Part shown: positions 40,758 through 55,094 of the stretch, in pieces
Position numbering within the stretch: position 1 is the stretch's first letter
Layout: each line of letters opens with the position of its first letter
The notes under the pieces: model-generated
Seen by the model: only the letters and a program-made list of their open reading frames with translations
The model's database searches: none
What the model was told of the DNA's origin: nothing
DNA from: Octopus vulgaris
Lineage: Eukaryota
Assembly (NCBI GenBank): GCA_951406725.2
Contig: OX597841.1
Span: forward strand, 1,364,001 to 1,428,000
Length of the DNA stretch: 64,000 nucleotides
Direction: 5' to 3'
Translations under genes and position numbers: made by a program

Positions 40758-41481
40758 ATATATATAAAATTAATTAAATGATATACTAAGTATGTACTCC
40801 TGCTAGATATAACAGTCAAAACTCTTATTTAAATCGCCAAAATACACTGATAATAACTACAGAAATCAGCCGTCTGAAGGCAAACGTGCTAAGACAATCT
40901 CTCAGCATTCATTCAAGTATTTGGGCTCATGTGGACCGGTTTCTGAAGTGGCATTATAGCCTCACCATCCTCAGTATGCGTCACCATATATATATATGGT
41001 TTGGGCATTAGGTTCATGATCATTAGGTCCTAAGTTCAATTCCCGGCGACGCATTGGGTCTTTGTGCCAAACATTTATTTCTCATTGCCCCTGTCTACTC
41101 AGCTGGCAAAAATGAGTAGTACCTGTATTTCAAAGGGCCGGCCTTGTCACACTCTCTATCACGCTGAATCTCCCTGAGAACTACATTAAGGGTACACATG
41201 ACTGTGGAGTGCTCAGCCACTTGCACGTTAATTTCACGAGTAAGCTATTCTGTTGAGCATTTCAGCTGGGACCCCCGTCGTTGTAACTGACAGAGTGCTC
41301 CTATATAAATATATATATATATAAAATTTAAAGGACTGACCACTAAAAGTGGACGGTCAGCATGCTAGATATAGACGTCAAAATTGCTATTTTCCACAAA
41401 GAATGTGTTCTCAAATAAAAAAACTTAGCACAAACAAAAGCATTAAAAATAAGCAAGACAAATGAAAATATACGAAATAAA

Positions 41482-41523
<42 letters not shown>

Positions 41524-41527
41524 GATA

Positions 41528-41891
41528 GGCGCAGGAGTGGCTGTGTGGTAAGTAGCTTGCTAACCAACCACATGGTTCCGGGTTCAGTCCCACTGCGTGG
41601 CATCTTGGGCAAGTGTCTTCTGCTATAGCCCCGGGCCGACCAATGCCTTGTGAGTGGATTTGGTAGACGGAAACTGAAAGAAGCCTGTCGTATATACGTG
41701 TATATATATATAAGTGTGTGTGTATATGTTTGTGTGTCTGTGTTTGTCCCCCTAGCATTGCTTGACGACCGATGCTGGTGTGTTTACGTACCCGTCACTT
41801 AGCGGTTCGGCAAAAGAGACCGATAGAATAAGTACTAGGCTTACAAAGAATAAGTCCCGGGGTCGATTTGCTCGACTAAAGGCGGTGCTCC
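41528..41891 (+). mobile_element. SINE family A lacking its 3' end, running into a (CTT/CTC)n tract
   Basis: Homology stops at GGCGGTGCTCC. Confidence 0.88.
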
Positions 41892-42175
41892 TTCTCCTTC
41901 TTCTCCTCCTTCTTCTTCTTCTTCTTCTTCTCCTCCTCCCCCTCTTCCTCCTCCTTCTTCTCTTTCCTCCCCTCCTCCTCCTCCTTCTTCTCCTTCTTCT
42001 TCTTCTCCTCCTTCTCCTTCTCCTTCTTTTACTCCTTCTTCTTCTTCTTCTTCTCCTTCTTCTTCTCCTCCTCCTTCTTCTCCTCCTCCTTCTTCTCCTT
42101 CTTCTCCTCCTTTTTCTCCTTCCTCTTCTTCTTCTTCTTCTTCTACTTACGTTTTGGTTTTCTTTATCTTTACAG

Positions 42176-42330
42176 AATGCAAAGAACTAATAAACAAACT
42201 AATAGAACCATCCCCAAGCTTACGTCTTCCGCTTATGGATGTCGAAATCCACCCGTGGGTTACGTTAGAAGCAAAATTTCCCTTCCACCCTTTCCAGTCG
42301 TTTCTCAAAGATAAACAGATGAAAAATCAG
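42176..42330 (+). CDS. Kinase exon, subdomain XI and linker
   Basis: tctttacag|AA...CAG|gtgagg; (E)CKELINKLIEPSPSLRLPLMDVEIHPWVTLEAKFPFHPFQSFLKDKQMKNQ; 155 nt, phase 1 to 0; invariant subdomain XI Arg and HPW present. Confidence 0.93.
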
Positions 42331-42785
42331 GTGAGGCCTTCATTCCGTACCCCAGGTGTCATTTCTATTTTGATCGTTAATTGATTAAACTGTATTCTCT
42401 CCTCTTCATTTATATATAGATTTTTTTTTCTTTGCTCGTGTCTGTGTATATATCTATATGTCACATATACACACACACATACATACATGCATACACACAG
42501 ACACACGCACACACACACACGGCATGTGTAAAAAATTCGAGCGAGGTCGTTGCCAGTACCGCCTGACTGGCTCCCGTGCCGGTGAACGTAAAAAGGGACC
42601 CACTACACTCTTGGAGTGGTTGGTGTTAGGAAGGTCATCCAGCTGTAGAAACTCTGCCAGATCAAGACCGGAGCCTGGTGCAGCCATCTGGTTCGCCAAC
42701 CCACAGTCAAAATCATCCAACCCCTGCTAGCATGGAAAGCAGACGTTAAACGACGACCACGATGATGATGATGATGATGATGATG

Positions 42786-42833
<48 letters not shown>

Positions 42834-42962
42834 CAAACGAAAAACAGGATGCAAAGGATTTAGCGGTACATATGTTTCTGGCTTTATTGGACAGTTTATA
42901 TCAATCCAAAACTTCTCAAACCTGTTATAATGTAATACATGTCTTTGGTGTGGTAATTGTGC

Positions 42963-43049
42963 GTGGCTGAAGAAGGCTATTGACATACATGTTACATCAA
43001 TTATGCATTGATATAAACTGTCCAATAAAGCCAGAAACATATGTACCGC
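42963..43049 (+). ncRNA. Type I hammerhead-like motif with long stem II inside fold-back element 42826-43087
   Basis: GTGG-CTGAAGA-aGGCTATTGACA...TGTCCAATAAAGCCa-GAAA-CATATG-TA-CCGC. Confidence 0.6.
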
Positions 43050-43635
43050 TAAATCCTTTGCATCCCGTTTTTCTTTTGATAAATATACCCTATCACCTAC
43101 ACCACTAACTGGCATATACAGGTGCTTACAGTTATCAAGTATTCACCCTGAATTCTTATATATATATATCATCATCATCATCATCATCGTTTAACGTCCG
43201 TTCTCCATGCTAGCATGGGTTGGACTGTTCAACCAGGGATCTGGGAAGCCAGAAGGCTGCACCAGGCTCCAGTCTTATCTGGCAATGTTTCTACAGCTGG
43301 ATGCCCTTCCTAACGCCAACCACTCCGTGAGTGTAGTGGGTGCTTTTTACGTGCCATATATATATATATATATATATATGTGTATAATCTTTTATACTGT
43401 CAAGCAGTAATATTACTTGTTGTTATGGCATATGTGATTGGTCAGGATGTTACCATGGGTTTCACAGTGACTGCTGCAATTTGACAATATCGAAGACTCG
43501 CAGTACCGTCAATAATATCCTGACCAGTCATATACTATAACCAGAAGTATACTACTCAGGAATATAAAATCACAACCACTCAATTTCTCCTTTAGAGTGT
43601 TCTATATTTCTCACTCTCATGAACTGTATGTATAT

Positions 43636-43673
<38 letters not shown>

Positions 43674-43891
43674 ACATATAGACACATACACACATGTACA
43701 TATAGACACACACACACACACACACATACATATATATTCACACATCCAAATATATATACATATATATATATATTTGCATTTATATGTATGTATATTTGTA
43801 TGTGCATATATATATAGATATAGAAATAGATATATAGATATATATGTACGTATGTATGCATGCACATATATATATATATATATGTATATGC

Positions 43892-43944
<53 letters not shown>

Positions 43945-43945
43945 C

Positions 43946-43989
<44 letters not shown>

Positions 43990-44101
43990 CATTATATATA
44001 TATATATATATATACATATATATATACATACACACACGCACACACACACATATATATATATATACATATACATATATATATACATATATATACATATACA
44101 T

Positions 44102-44157
<56 letters not shown>

Positions 44158-44813
44158 GTACATATGTATATATATGCTGAACATTAAATAAATGACAAAA
44201 GGAACAGGAAACCATGTAGTGCACTTCATTAGCTTACAGCTGTTTCTGCGTCAGAATGCAGTCGCCTCAGAGCTCAGTCGTTGGGCATCAATTTAAAACT
44301 TCCTTGAAAATTTATTTGGAAAGACATTTCCACATGCTTTGCATAGCATAGAAGCTTCGAGGAAGTTAAAGTGTGTTATACATTTATAATTTCTAGATCC
44401 CTTGTCATTTATTTAACCCCTTATTACAGTCTGTGCTTGAGTAACCCTTTTCTCTGAAGAATATGTATACCAAGTTTTTACACCAGGTTATTATTATCAC
44501 TGTTTAAGTGAAACAATACATACATACATACAAACGTACATACATACATATATGTATGTAGGTATATATAATGTTTCTATTCCACTTGTAGATCTAATAT
44601 TTCTGTTGGCGTTGATGATGATGATGATGATGATGGAGGTAGCAGTATTCGGTTGGCTGGTTAGTTGGTTGGTTGGTTGGCTTTCTTAGACAAATGAGTA
44701 CAACTGGGTGGAACACATCTGTCTCCTGGAAACCCCCTCATTAAACACACACACACACACATGCATGTGCTTGTGCACACACACACACACATATACATAC
44801 ATATATCTATATG

Positions 44814-44879
<66 letters not shown>

Positions 44880-44923
44880 CATAAATGCATACATATACAC
44901 ACATATAAATACATACATATACA

Positions 44924-44963
<40 letters not shown>

Positions 44964-45114
44964 GAGAGAGAGAGATATATATATATTGTTGTATTTAGGA
45001 ATGGTCATTTTGCCAGTTTAGCCAATAAATGACCATTCCTAAATACAACAATATCTGTTTCAACACACGATTTCACATCAAGAATCTTGCAAAACAAATA
45101 TATGAACGTATATA

Positions 45115-45214
<100 letters not shown>

Positions 45215-45264
45215 ATATATATACATATATCTATCTATATATATATATTATAGATATATGTATA

Positions 45265-45314
<50 letters not shown>

Positions 45315-46509
45315 CATATTAATGGTTCTGCGTGCATATATATTTGTGTAAGAATTTCAATAAGGCCAGTTTTCGTCTCTTCTCCCCTGAAAGTCTAACT
45401 TAGCCATTCAACAAACAGAGAGTGATGAAATAGCTATCGTAAGGGAAACGTGGAAAGGGTCTTGAGGTCATTTGCAATCAGCTTATATATCATTGATGTC
45501 TCTGCTCCAGCCTGGTCGTGGCAGTCCAGTGAATGACATGAATATACATGCAGGGGTAGGGGTAGGGGTAGAGGGGGTGGGGTGGGAGGAGAAAACTGCT
45601 CCAAAGGATTTGGAGGAAATATGTTGCTGCTACTGCTACTACAACCAACACCATCGCTACTACTACTACTACTAATACTACCACTACTACTCCTACTCCT
45701 CCTACTACTACTGCTATCACTACTACTACTACTACTACTAATACTACTACTACTACCACTACTACTACTACCACCACCACCACCACTACTACAACTACTA
45801 TAACTACTACTACTACTAATACTACTACTACTGCTACAACTACTACTAATACTACTAATACTAATACTACTGCTGCTACTACTACTACTACTAATACTAA
45901 TACTACCACTACTACTACTATCACCACTGTCACTATTATGACTACCACCATCACCACCACTACCTATACAACTACTACTACTACCACCACTATCTATACT
46001 ACTAGTACTACTACTACTACCACCACTACACATACTACTATTACTACTGCCACCACCACTGCTACAACTACCACCATCACCACCCAGCCACCACCATTAC
46101 TGTTACTACTACTACCACCACCACCACCACCACTACTACTGCTGCTGCTACTACTAATACTACCACTAACGACTCTACCCTCTCCACCACCACCACTACC
46201 ACTGCTGCTATTATCACCTCCACCACCACCACCACCACCACTACCACTACCAGCATCATAATCACAACCACAAACACTAGCTACTCTACTACTACAACTA
46301 CTACTACTACTACTACTACTACTGGTACAGCTAGTACTGCTGCCACAACCACTTTCATTGTAGATCTCTGTTGAAATTTTCTTTTTTATTTCTCTTTCAG
46401 TTAAATTCTCTCGTTAAAGCACATTCACATTGTCATTAACCATCGCCATTAATTAACTAATTAATATTGTACATTATCGTTGTTGTTGTTGTTGTTTGTT
46501 GCTGCTGCT

Positions 46510-46580
46510 ATTAATACCATTATTATCATTAATATTGTTGTTATTATCATTATCAATATTATTAATATTATCATTATCAA

Positions 46581-46616
<36 letters not shown>

Positions 46617-46657
46617 TACTATTACTATTATTATTATTAATATTATCATTATCAATA

Positions 46658-46688
<31 letters not shown>

Positions 46689-46693
46689 TACTA

Positions 46694-46760
<67 letters not shown>

Positions 46761-46777
46761 CATTATTACTATTACTA

Positions 46778-46808
<31 letters not shown>

Positions 46809-46826
46809 TATTATTATTATTATTAC

Positions 46827-46859
<33 letters not shown>

Positions 46860-46879
46860 TGCTATTATTACTATTATTA

Positions 46880-46919
<40 letters not shown>

Positions 46920-46931
46920 CATGACTATTAC

Positions 46932-46979
<48 letters not shown>

Positions 46980-47084
46980 TGCTATTACTATTATTATTAT
47001 TATTATTAATATTATTATTATTATTACTATTATTATTATTAATAATATTATTATTATTATCGTTATTAATATTATTATTATTAC

Positions 47085-47135
<51 letters not shown>

Positions 47136-47194
47136 TACTACTACTATTCTTCTTATTGTTATTATTATTATTATTATTGTTATTATTATTATTA

Positions 47195-47224
<30 letters not shown>
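46510..47224. repeat. (ATT)n microsatellite
   Basis: Direct inspection. Confidence 0.97.
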
Positions 47225-47225
<1 letters not shown>

Positions 47226-47764
47226 AGATGCACTGTTGATATGAAACTAAGGTAACGGACTGCTAGATATAAAATCTTGCTATCAGGCCACATGTTTAAA
47301 ATCCCTGGGAGACATTAAAATTTGTATTCCTCTGCTTGGCTAACGATTCATCTTGCTCTCCTAATTAAACCTGCCTGTGACTACAGAAGCCTACTTAATT
47401 ATTGTCTTTCGATCTTTTTATCTCTTGCTCATTTTCACTCATTGGGCTGTGGCCAGGCTGGGGCGTTGCCTTGAAGGGTTTTCTGGTTGAAAGAAATCGA
47501 CACTACTGCTTGCTTGCTTCTTCTTAAACGAGGTGCTTATTTGGTCATTGGCCTGTATTGCTGAACTGCTAAGTCACAAGGAGGTAAATAAACCAATAGT
47601 GGGTGCATACATATATACGTGTGTGTGTGTGTGTGTGTGTGTATACATATATATATAAAGTTAATCAAAACATGAAAACACAAAGAGAAAACACAACAAC
47701 GCGAGGACGTGGAACAAATATAGTATTATTGGACGCTCAGGAAGGAAGGAAGGGAAGAAGGAGG

Positions 47765-47799
47765 GTTTAACGTTTCGAGCGGAGCTCTTCGTCGGAAAC
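47765..47799 (-). ncRNA. Minimal hammerhead-like motif (U4C variant) in a Penelope-like fragment
   Basis: GTTT-CCGACGA-a-GAGC(TCC)GCTC-GAAA-CG-TT-AAAC. Confidence 0.5.
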
Positions 47800-47852
47800 A
47801 TAGGAGAAGGAAAGATCCAGAGAAGGGAAGACGGAGGAAAAAAAATCGCCAA

Positions 47853-47899
<47 letters not shown>

Positions 47900-50078
47900 A
47901 AGATATATAGACACACACACACACATATATATGTATGTAGTGTATGTGTGTGCTTTTCTGTTTGTATTTGTCCCCACCCCACTTGACCTCCAGTGTTGGT
48001 TGGTTTAGTGCTTCAGCAAAAAGGGGCCGATTGAATAAGCACCAGACTTAAGAATTATAGAAAAACAAAAAACTACTGGGGTTGATTTGTTCAATGGAAA
48101 CATTTAAAGGCACTGCCCCTGCCCTGCCACACCTGGGTGCTGTCCGTTTTCTGAAGTAAAAGTTAAAGCTAAGAGATGTATGTTTGTTGAGTATATATCT
48201 CTTATCTTTATATTCTGTTACTTCAGCGTCACATTTACAAAATTATGGACCCCTAAAGAGACAGCCTGTTTCAAACCATTCATACCAGATGCCATGTGTC
48301 GTTGAAATGTTATAGTCATAATAAATAGTATTCCAGTAATATACTTGTACAGTAAACTACTTCTTACCTGGTACTTAAATACCCTGAACTCTTAAACAAC
48401 CAGCATCCGGAGAAAAAAAGATGTTGATAAATAAAAGGGACCCAAATCAGGAGTCCATACATCGTGCTAGGCTCTGTGTACTTGTAGCAGCTTTACGAGT
48501 GGGTCCTCTCTGTTCACCGTCAATTATCTGACAGATTCTATCGAGCTTAGTTGCTTCATGCTGTTGTGAGGATGCATGGCTCATGGGCCCCACATATGGC
48601 AACCATCTCGTCTGCCTCTGTTTATCGGGACTGTGCAAAAGGAAGGCCTCTGACTAACCGTCTACACCAGCACTTTCATGGTTTACCCCCCACATCTGAG
48701 CAGAGACCTGAGTACTCCTATCACATCCTGGTAGGTGCAAACCTAGTCAATTGACCCTGCTTCACATGAAAGACACAAATTCTTCTATGAGTCAACAGTC
48801 AAATGATAGTTCCATGTGGCAGCCAGGTGCCATAAAACCATTGGCCATGCAGATCAAGAAGGGTCTCCTCCCGGGGCAGGCCCAACATGCTACCCAGTCA
48901 TGATGTGCAGACTGCATTTACAGTACCCCTTGTTCTTGAATTATATTTTAATTTCTTGTCATCTCTCTCAGCGCGCCGGGCGAAATGTTTAGCAGTATTT
49001 CGTCTGTCATTACGTTCTGAGTTCAAATTCCGCCAAGGTCAACTTTGCCTTTCATCCTTTCGGGGTCAATAAATTAAGTACCAGTTTCACACTGGGGGCG
49101 ATATAATCGACTCAATCCCTTCGTCTGTCCTTGTTTGTCCCCTCTATGTTTAGCCCCTTCTGGGCAGTAAAGAAATATATTATATTCAGAACATTAGTTT
49201 CAAATATTGGTGCAAAGCCTGCACCAATTCAGGGAGTGGGCTAGCCGATTACACCAGTCTTGGTCCTCAACTGGTACTTATTTCATCGGCAAAGAAATTC
49301 AATGTCAGTGGAATTTGAACTCAGAACACAAAGACGGATGAAACGCTTCTCAGAATTTCATCTGGCATGCTAACAATTCTGCCTGCTCACCACCTTTTTA
49401 TGTTCTGAATATTAATAATAATCATTGATGTTTAAAGAGAATTTTAATGAATTTTGTAAGATGCTATGGCAATTTTAGTAGTGATGATCAATCTGATCAC
49501 ACGGCTTACACAAATTCCCATGACTCTCTGCTGCCATCTATTTCTATTATCTGAATTAGGAGCTTAAGTCACAAGGAATCTCTCATTAGCTGATTACACA
49601 ACCATGGCTACCACTCCTATGGATGCGTTGCAGTTTCTCCGTTCATAAAGATTGGTGATCCTAATTGGTCATCTAAGATTCCTCAAATCAGCATCAATAT
49701 AAGAAACACTGTTGGCTCAATCGGGTTCTTCCGCTACCTCTTCACAATCTGCCATACTGTAGTCCCATGATTTTTACCATAGCCCAGGGAGGGTGGCTGG
49801 ATGGATGCTATATCTTGCCAGAGGGCAGCCCATAAGTATGGGTACATAGGTATTTTGAAAATATCTCATTGTAAGGATCAGATAGATATCTGGAAAATCC
49901 AGTTATTCCACAACCCTCCTGTCCCAGGGCTGCCAGATAAGAGGAGTTTACTGTATTATCAATATTCTTGTTAATCACATATTTATAATAAGTAACATAT
50001 CTGTGATGTATTTATTATATATCACAGATGATATTATATTAATCATATTCTCACAATAAATAATATAGTAAAAAATAT

Positions 50079-50299
50079 ATGATGTGGTACTGAAAAGTTG
50101 CTGGATTCGGGTAAAAGAAAATACTGGAGGATCAGTTAATTCTGATTTTATTCAACATACTCCCCTCTCAGATCAACACACTTATTGCAACGGTCCTTCA
50201 GTTTTTTAAAGCCCTGTAAAAGAAGTCAGAAGGTTGGGCCTCCAACCCAACCTTTCACGATACCTTTAGGGGCCAGGAACTTTTCAGCAATCTCTCATA
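50079..50299. mobile_element. mariner-type MITE
   Basis: Imperfect TIRs TATGATGTGGTACTGAAAAGTTGCTGG / CCAGGAACTTTTTCAGCAATCTCTCATA with TA ends. Confidence 0.6.
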
Positions 50300-51386
50300 A
50301 GTGTTAAACCAATTAATAAAAAAAATCTGGTATCCAACGAAATCCCTCCAAAATTTTCTTTTGTTTCCAAAATCAATTGAAACCAAAACATTGTATATTT
50401 TTAAATTTTAAATAAGATATGGTCACAAAAGGGTTAATGGTTTGAGTGGGGTTTTTATTTTCATGGTTTCTTTTATGGCTTAGTGAAAAGTAGAAGGGCA
50501 GAGCTCTCATAACTTTTTATTGCAGATCTTGGATCCAAGTGGGAGAGAAAGAGGTGAAAATATAGATCATGGGTTATTACCCAAACACACCTGTTATGAG
50601 CACCTCAGTATATTTTCATTATATCATATACTAGCTTAAAAGCCATACTCTGTGTGGACTTCTAAGCTGACTCCTGCAGAGGGATAATTGGGCCCATGGC
50701 CCAAAACTAAAGAGACCAATAATAATACAGGGGTCCCAGACAGATAGAATTTCCCTTTTATTAATACAGATGAGATAAGAATAACATTACTTACTTAAAG
50801 CCTTCATTCTCTACGGAGCACAAGGCCATTGACAACTTTTCTTCACTATCTCTCAAATTTGGTAAAAAGCACCATCCGAACGTGGCCAATGCCAGCGCCG
50901 CCTTGACTGGCTTCTGTGCTGGTGGCATGTAAAAAGCACCAACCGATCGTGTCCACTGCCAGCCTCCCCTGGCACGTAAAAAGCATCCACTACACTCACA
51001 GAGTGGTTGGCATTAGGAAGGGCATCCAGCTGTAGAAACACTGCCCGATCAGACTGGAGCCTGGTGCAGCCTCCTGGCTTCCCAGACCCCGGTCAAACCG
51101 TCCAACCTGTGCTAGCGCGGAAAACGGACGTTAAATGATGATGATTTGAAATTTAATTATGAAATGCTGTAAAAATGCATCTCTTTCTGTCACTCCTCTT
51201 ACAAATCAATTATACCAGAACAGGTGCATGATGTGCCATGTGTCAGGTGACGAAGTCAGGTATCGAGATGTGTTTTGCTCAAGAACACAATACAACAGTC
51301 GGTCAAGGAATTGAAATAACACTCTCATGATCTTGAGTGCAACAACCTATACCATATGTCCTCAGTATATATATATATTTATCAGC

Positions 51387-51417
<31 letters not shown>

Positions 51418-51434
51418 CCATTTATATATATATG

Positions 51435-51842
51435 AAGGTGGCGAGCTGGTAGAAACGTTCACGTGAAATGCTTAGTGGTATTTCGTCTGCCATTACATTC
51501 TGAGTTCAATTTCCACTGAGGTCGGCTTTGCATTTCATCCTCTCGGTGTCGATAAATTAAGTACCAGTTATGCACTGGGGTCAATGTAATCGACTTAATC
51601 CCTTTGTTTGTCCCCTCTATGGTTAGCCTCTTGTGGGCAATAAAGAAATATATATTATATATATATATATAGGTGCAGGAGTGGTTGTGTGGTAAGTAGC
51701 TTGCTAACCAACCACATGGTCCCTGGTTCAGTCCCACTGCATGGCATCTTGGGCAAGTGTCTTCTGCTATAGCCCCAGGCCGACCAATGCCTTGTGAGTG
51801 GATTTGGTAGACGGAAACTGAAAGAAGCCTGTCGTATATATG

Positions 51843-51875
<33 letters not shown>

Positions 51876-52088
51876 GTCTGTATTTGTCCCCCTAGCATTG
51901 CTTGACAACCGATGCTGGTATGTTTACGTCTCCGTCAGCTAGCGATTCAGCAAAAGAGACCGATAGAATAAGTACTGGGCTTACAAACAATAAGTCCCGG
52001 GGTCGATTTGCTCGACTAAAGGCAGTGCTCCAGCATGGCTGCAGTCAAATGACTGAAACAAGTAAAAGAGAGAGTAAAAGTAAAGAGT
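51435..52088 (+). mobile_element. SINE-B followed by full-length SINE-A
   Basis: Family B 51435-51650, TA tract, family A 51672-52088. Confidence 0.88.
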
Positions 52089-52300
52089 ATATATATATTT
52101 ATATATAAAAGAAGTCAGGAACCAAAATCCTTCAAAGGGATGTTAGACATCCAATTCTGTCGGTTCAATCCAAGCAAAGAATATATATAAAAAAAACTAT
52201 ACTCAGTATTGGTATAACCTACAAATAAAGTATAAGGAAAGGAAAAACACATATAGGTGTAAACAATCTTTAATCCAAAGTTGGTACTAATCCAATAAAG

Positions 52301-52394
52301 ATTCTACAAGTTGTTTCCAAGCCTAATTAATTCCAAAAACAAACTGAAAAAAAATGATCCTTTTAAAATCACAATTAGGCTTTTCTTCGGGAAT
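52301..52394 (-). ncRNA. Hammerhead-like motif with long stem II
   Basis: ATTC-CCGAAGA-aAAGCCTAATT...AATTAGGCTTg-GAAA-CAACTTG-TA-GAAT; an inverted partial copy near 52535 has the canonical CTGAAGA core. Confidence 0.55.
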
Positions 52395-52727
52395 TCATTA
52401 TTCGGGTAATTTCCTTCTATCAGAATTTAATTGTTTGTTCCTGTCTGGGCTATCAAAGGTCTTTATTTATTTTTTTTTTTTTATTTATTTATTTATTTAT
52501 TTTTTTTGGTTGAACCTATTCACTCCAATAATGAATTCCTGAAGAAAAGCCTAATTTTGATTTTGAAAGGATTCTTTTACTATTTTACTCTTTTACTTGT
52601 TTCAGTCATTTGACTGCGGCCATGCTGGAGCACCACCTTTAGTCGAGCAAATCGACCCGGGACTTATTCTTTGTAAGCCTAGTACTTATTCTATCGGTCT
52701 CTTTTGCCGAACCACTAAGTTACAGGG

Positions 52728-52782
<55 letters not shown>

Positions 52783-53134
52783 GTCAAGATGAAGAGCGTG
52801 CTTCTGTTGTAATAGATAATTTATTGGTTGAAGGATATTTTGAGAGTAAGTCTCTCTTTGTCAAGTTCAAAATGAGAAGTGATAAAAATTCAGAATTATA
52901 GAAAATTAAAAGCATGAACGAGAGCAACCAGCGTCCATCTTATTCCTGGTAGAGTTTATGTGGGTAGCGGGTTACTACCTGTAATCACAGACAGGTACGT
53001 AATTTTTAATAAGTCATCAAGTGCTCAAAAACCCTTCTGGTGATCTTAGAGGCAAACGTTTCTGTAGAGACTTTATAGGGCATTCCATTCCAATCTCCCT
53101 TTAATCATTTGTCTGTCTCATCACTGACAGTCCC

Positions 53135-53176
<42 letters not shown>

Positions 53177-53206
53177 TAATAATAATAACAATAATAATAA
53201 TAATAA

Positions 53207-53590
53207 TCATCATCATCATCATCATTGTTTAGCGTCCGCTTTCCATGCTAGCATGGGTTGGATGGTGCAACTGGGGTCTGGGAAGCCAGAAAGCTTCACC
53301 AGGCTCCAGTCTGATCTGGCAATGTTTCTACGGCTGGATGCCCTTCCTAACGCCAACCCCTCCGTGAGTGTAGTGGGTGCTTTTTACATGCCACCAGCAC
53401 AGGGGCCAGATGGGGCTGGCAAACAGCCACGGTCGGATGGTGCTTTTTATGTGCCACCAGCACGGGGGCCAGGCGAGGCTGGCAACGGCCACGATCGGAT
53501 GGTGCTTTTTACGTGCCACCAGCACGGAAGCCAGTCGGGGCCGCACTGGCAACGGCCACGTTCGGATGATTCTCTTATGTGCCACTGGCA
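53207..53590 (-). mobile_element. RTE 3' UTR copy (family C) with 3-4 internal ~62-bp subrepeats
   Basis: Repeated GGTGCTTTTTAYGTGCCACCAGCAC on the plus strand. Confidence 0.88.
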
Positions 53591-53605
53591 ATAATAATAA
53601 TAGTA

Positions 53606-53648
<43 letters not shown>

Positions 53649-54601
53649 TAATAATAATAACAATAATGATAATAATGATAATAATTATAATAATAACAAT
53701 AATAATAATAACAATAATAATAACAATAATAATGATAATACTAATGATAATAATAATAATGATAATGATAATACTAATAATAATAATAATGATAATAATA
53801 ATAATAATAATAACAATAATGATAATAATAATAATAACAATAATAATAATAACAATAATAATGATAATACTAATGATAATAATAATAATGATAATGATAA
53901 TACTAATAATAATAATAATGATAATAATAATAATAATAATAACAATAATGATAATAATAATAATGATAATAATAATGATAATAATAATGATAATAATCAT
54001 AATCATATTCATAATGATAATAGATGAATGATATACAATGAACAAGCTGTACCATTTTATAATTAACTCTCTCTCTCTCTCTGTGACTAACATCTTTTTT
54101 TTTTTCTTCATACCATAATTGTTTTTCTGGTTTTTAGTCTGATACGGATTTCAAGTGGGATGATTTATCAAATGAGGTATCTTTTCACATATCTTACACC
54201 TTTGTCTTGGATAAGCTATGGCTTTCTCCTTCATTTCTAATTCTTCTTCTTCTTCTTGTTCTCGTTCTTGTTTCTTGTTATTCTTATTCTTCTTCTTCTT
54301 CTTCTTGATATTGCTGTTCTTTTTAATTATTTTTCTTCATCTTCCTCTTCTTCTTCTTCTTCTTCTTCTTCTTGTTTCTTGACTTCAATATTGAAAGAAA
54401 AAAGAAAATTATATATATATATATACACACTACACTTCTACATCTTAACACCCCACTGCACTTGTCTTTTTTTTATATATATATATTCTCTCTTTAGCCA
54501 CTTATGTGTGTGTGTGTGTGAGCGTGTGTGTGTATATGTGTGCATGTGTGTGTGTATACATATATATGTGCATATATATAATATATATATTATTGGATGT
54601 G

Positions 54602-54691
<90 letters not shown>

Positions 54692-54751
54692 GTTTTGGGA
54701 TTTGGTTTGCAAGATTCTTTATGTGAGTTCGTGTGTTGAAGCATATTCTGT

Positions 54752-55049
54752 TGTGTCTGAGGAGAGTCATTTTCTTTTAGTAACACACTCACCGGTAAAA
54801 TTTCCACTTATTTTCTATTTTCATTTTCCAAAAATTTTCGTTGCGTCTTGCAACCTTTTCAATAGTCTTGACTCTGTCTGCACAAACAAACAAAAAGGAA
54901 CACAGTGTAAATAACGGACAGAGTCAAGACCATTGAAAAGGTTGCAAAGCACAACAAAAATTTTAGGGAAATAGAAATAAATAAGTGGAAATTTTACCAG
55001 TGAGTGTGTTAAATTATAAGGCACAAAAAGAAAATGACTCACTCCAGAC

Positions 55050-55050
<1 letters not shown>
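54752..55050. repeat. Fold-back element, about 125-bp diverged arms
   Basis: GTGTCTGAGGAGAGTCATTTTC...GACTCTGTC versus GACAGAGTC...GAAAATGACTCACTCCAGACAC. Confidence 0.85.

Positions 55051-55094
<44 letters not shown>

Noticed and set aside
48400-48910. Possible coding or LINE-like sequence (also 32540-33170, and the related pair 8690-8910 and 49500-49800)
   Set aside because: Too degraded to assign; probably old retroelement fragments
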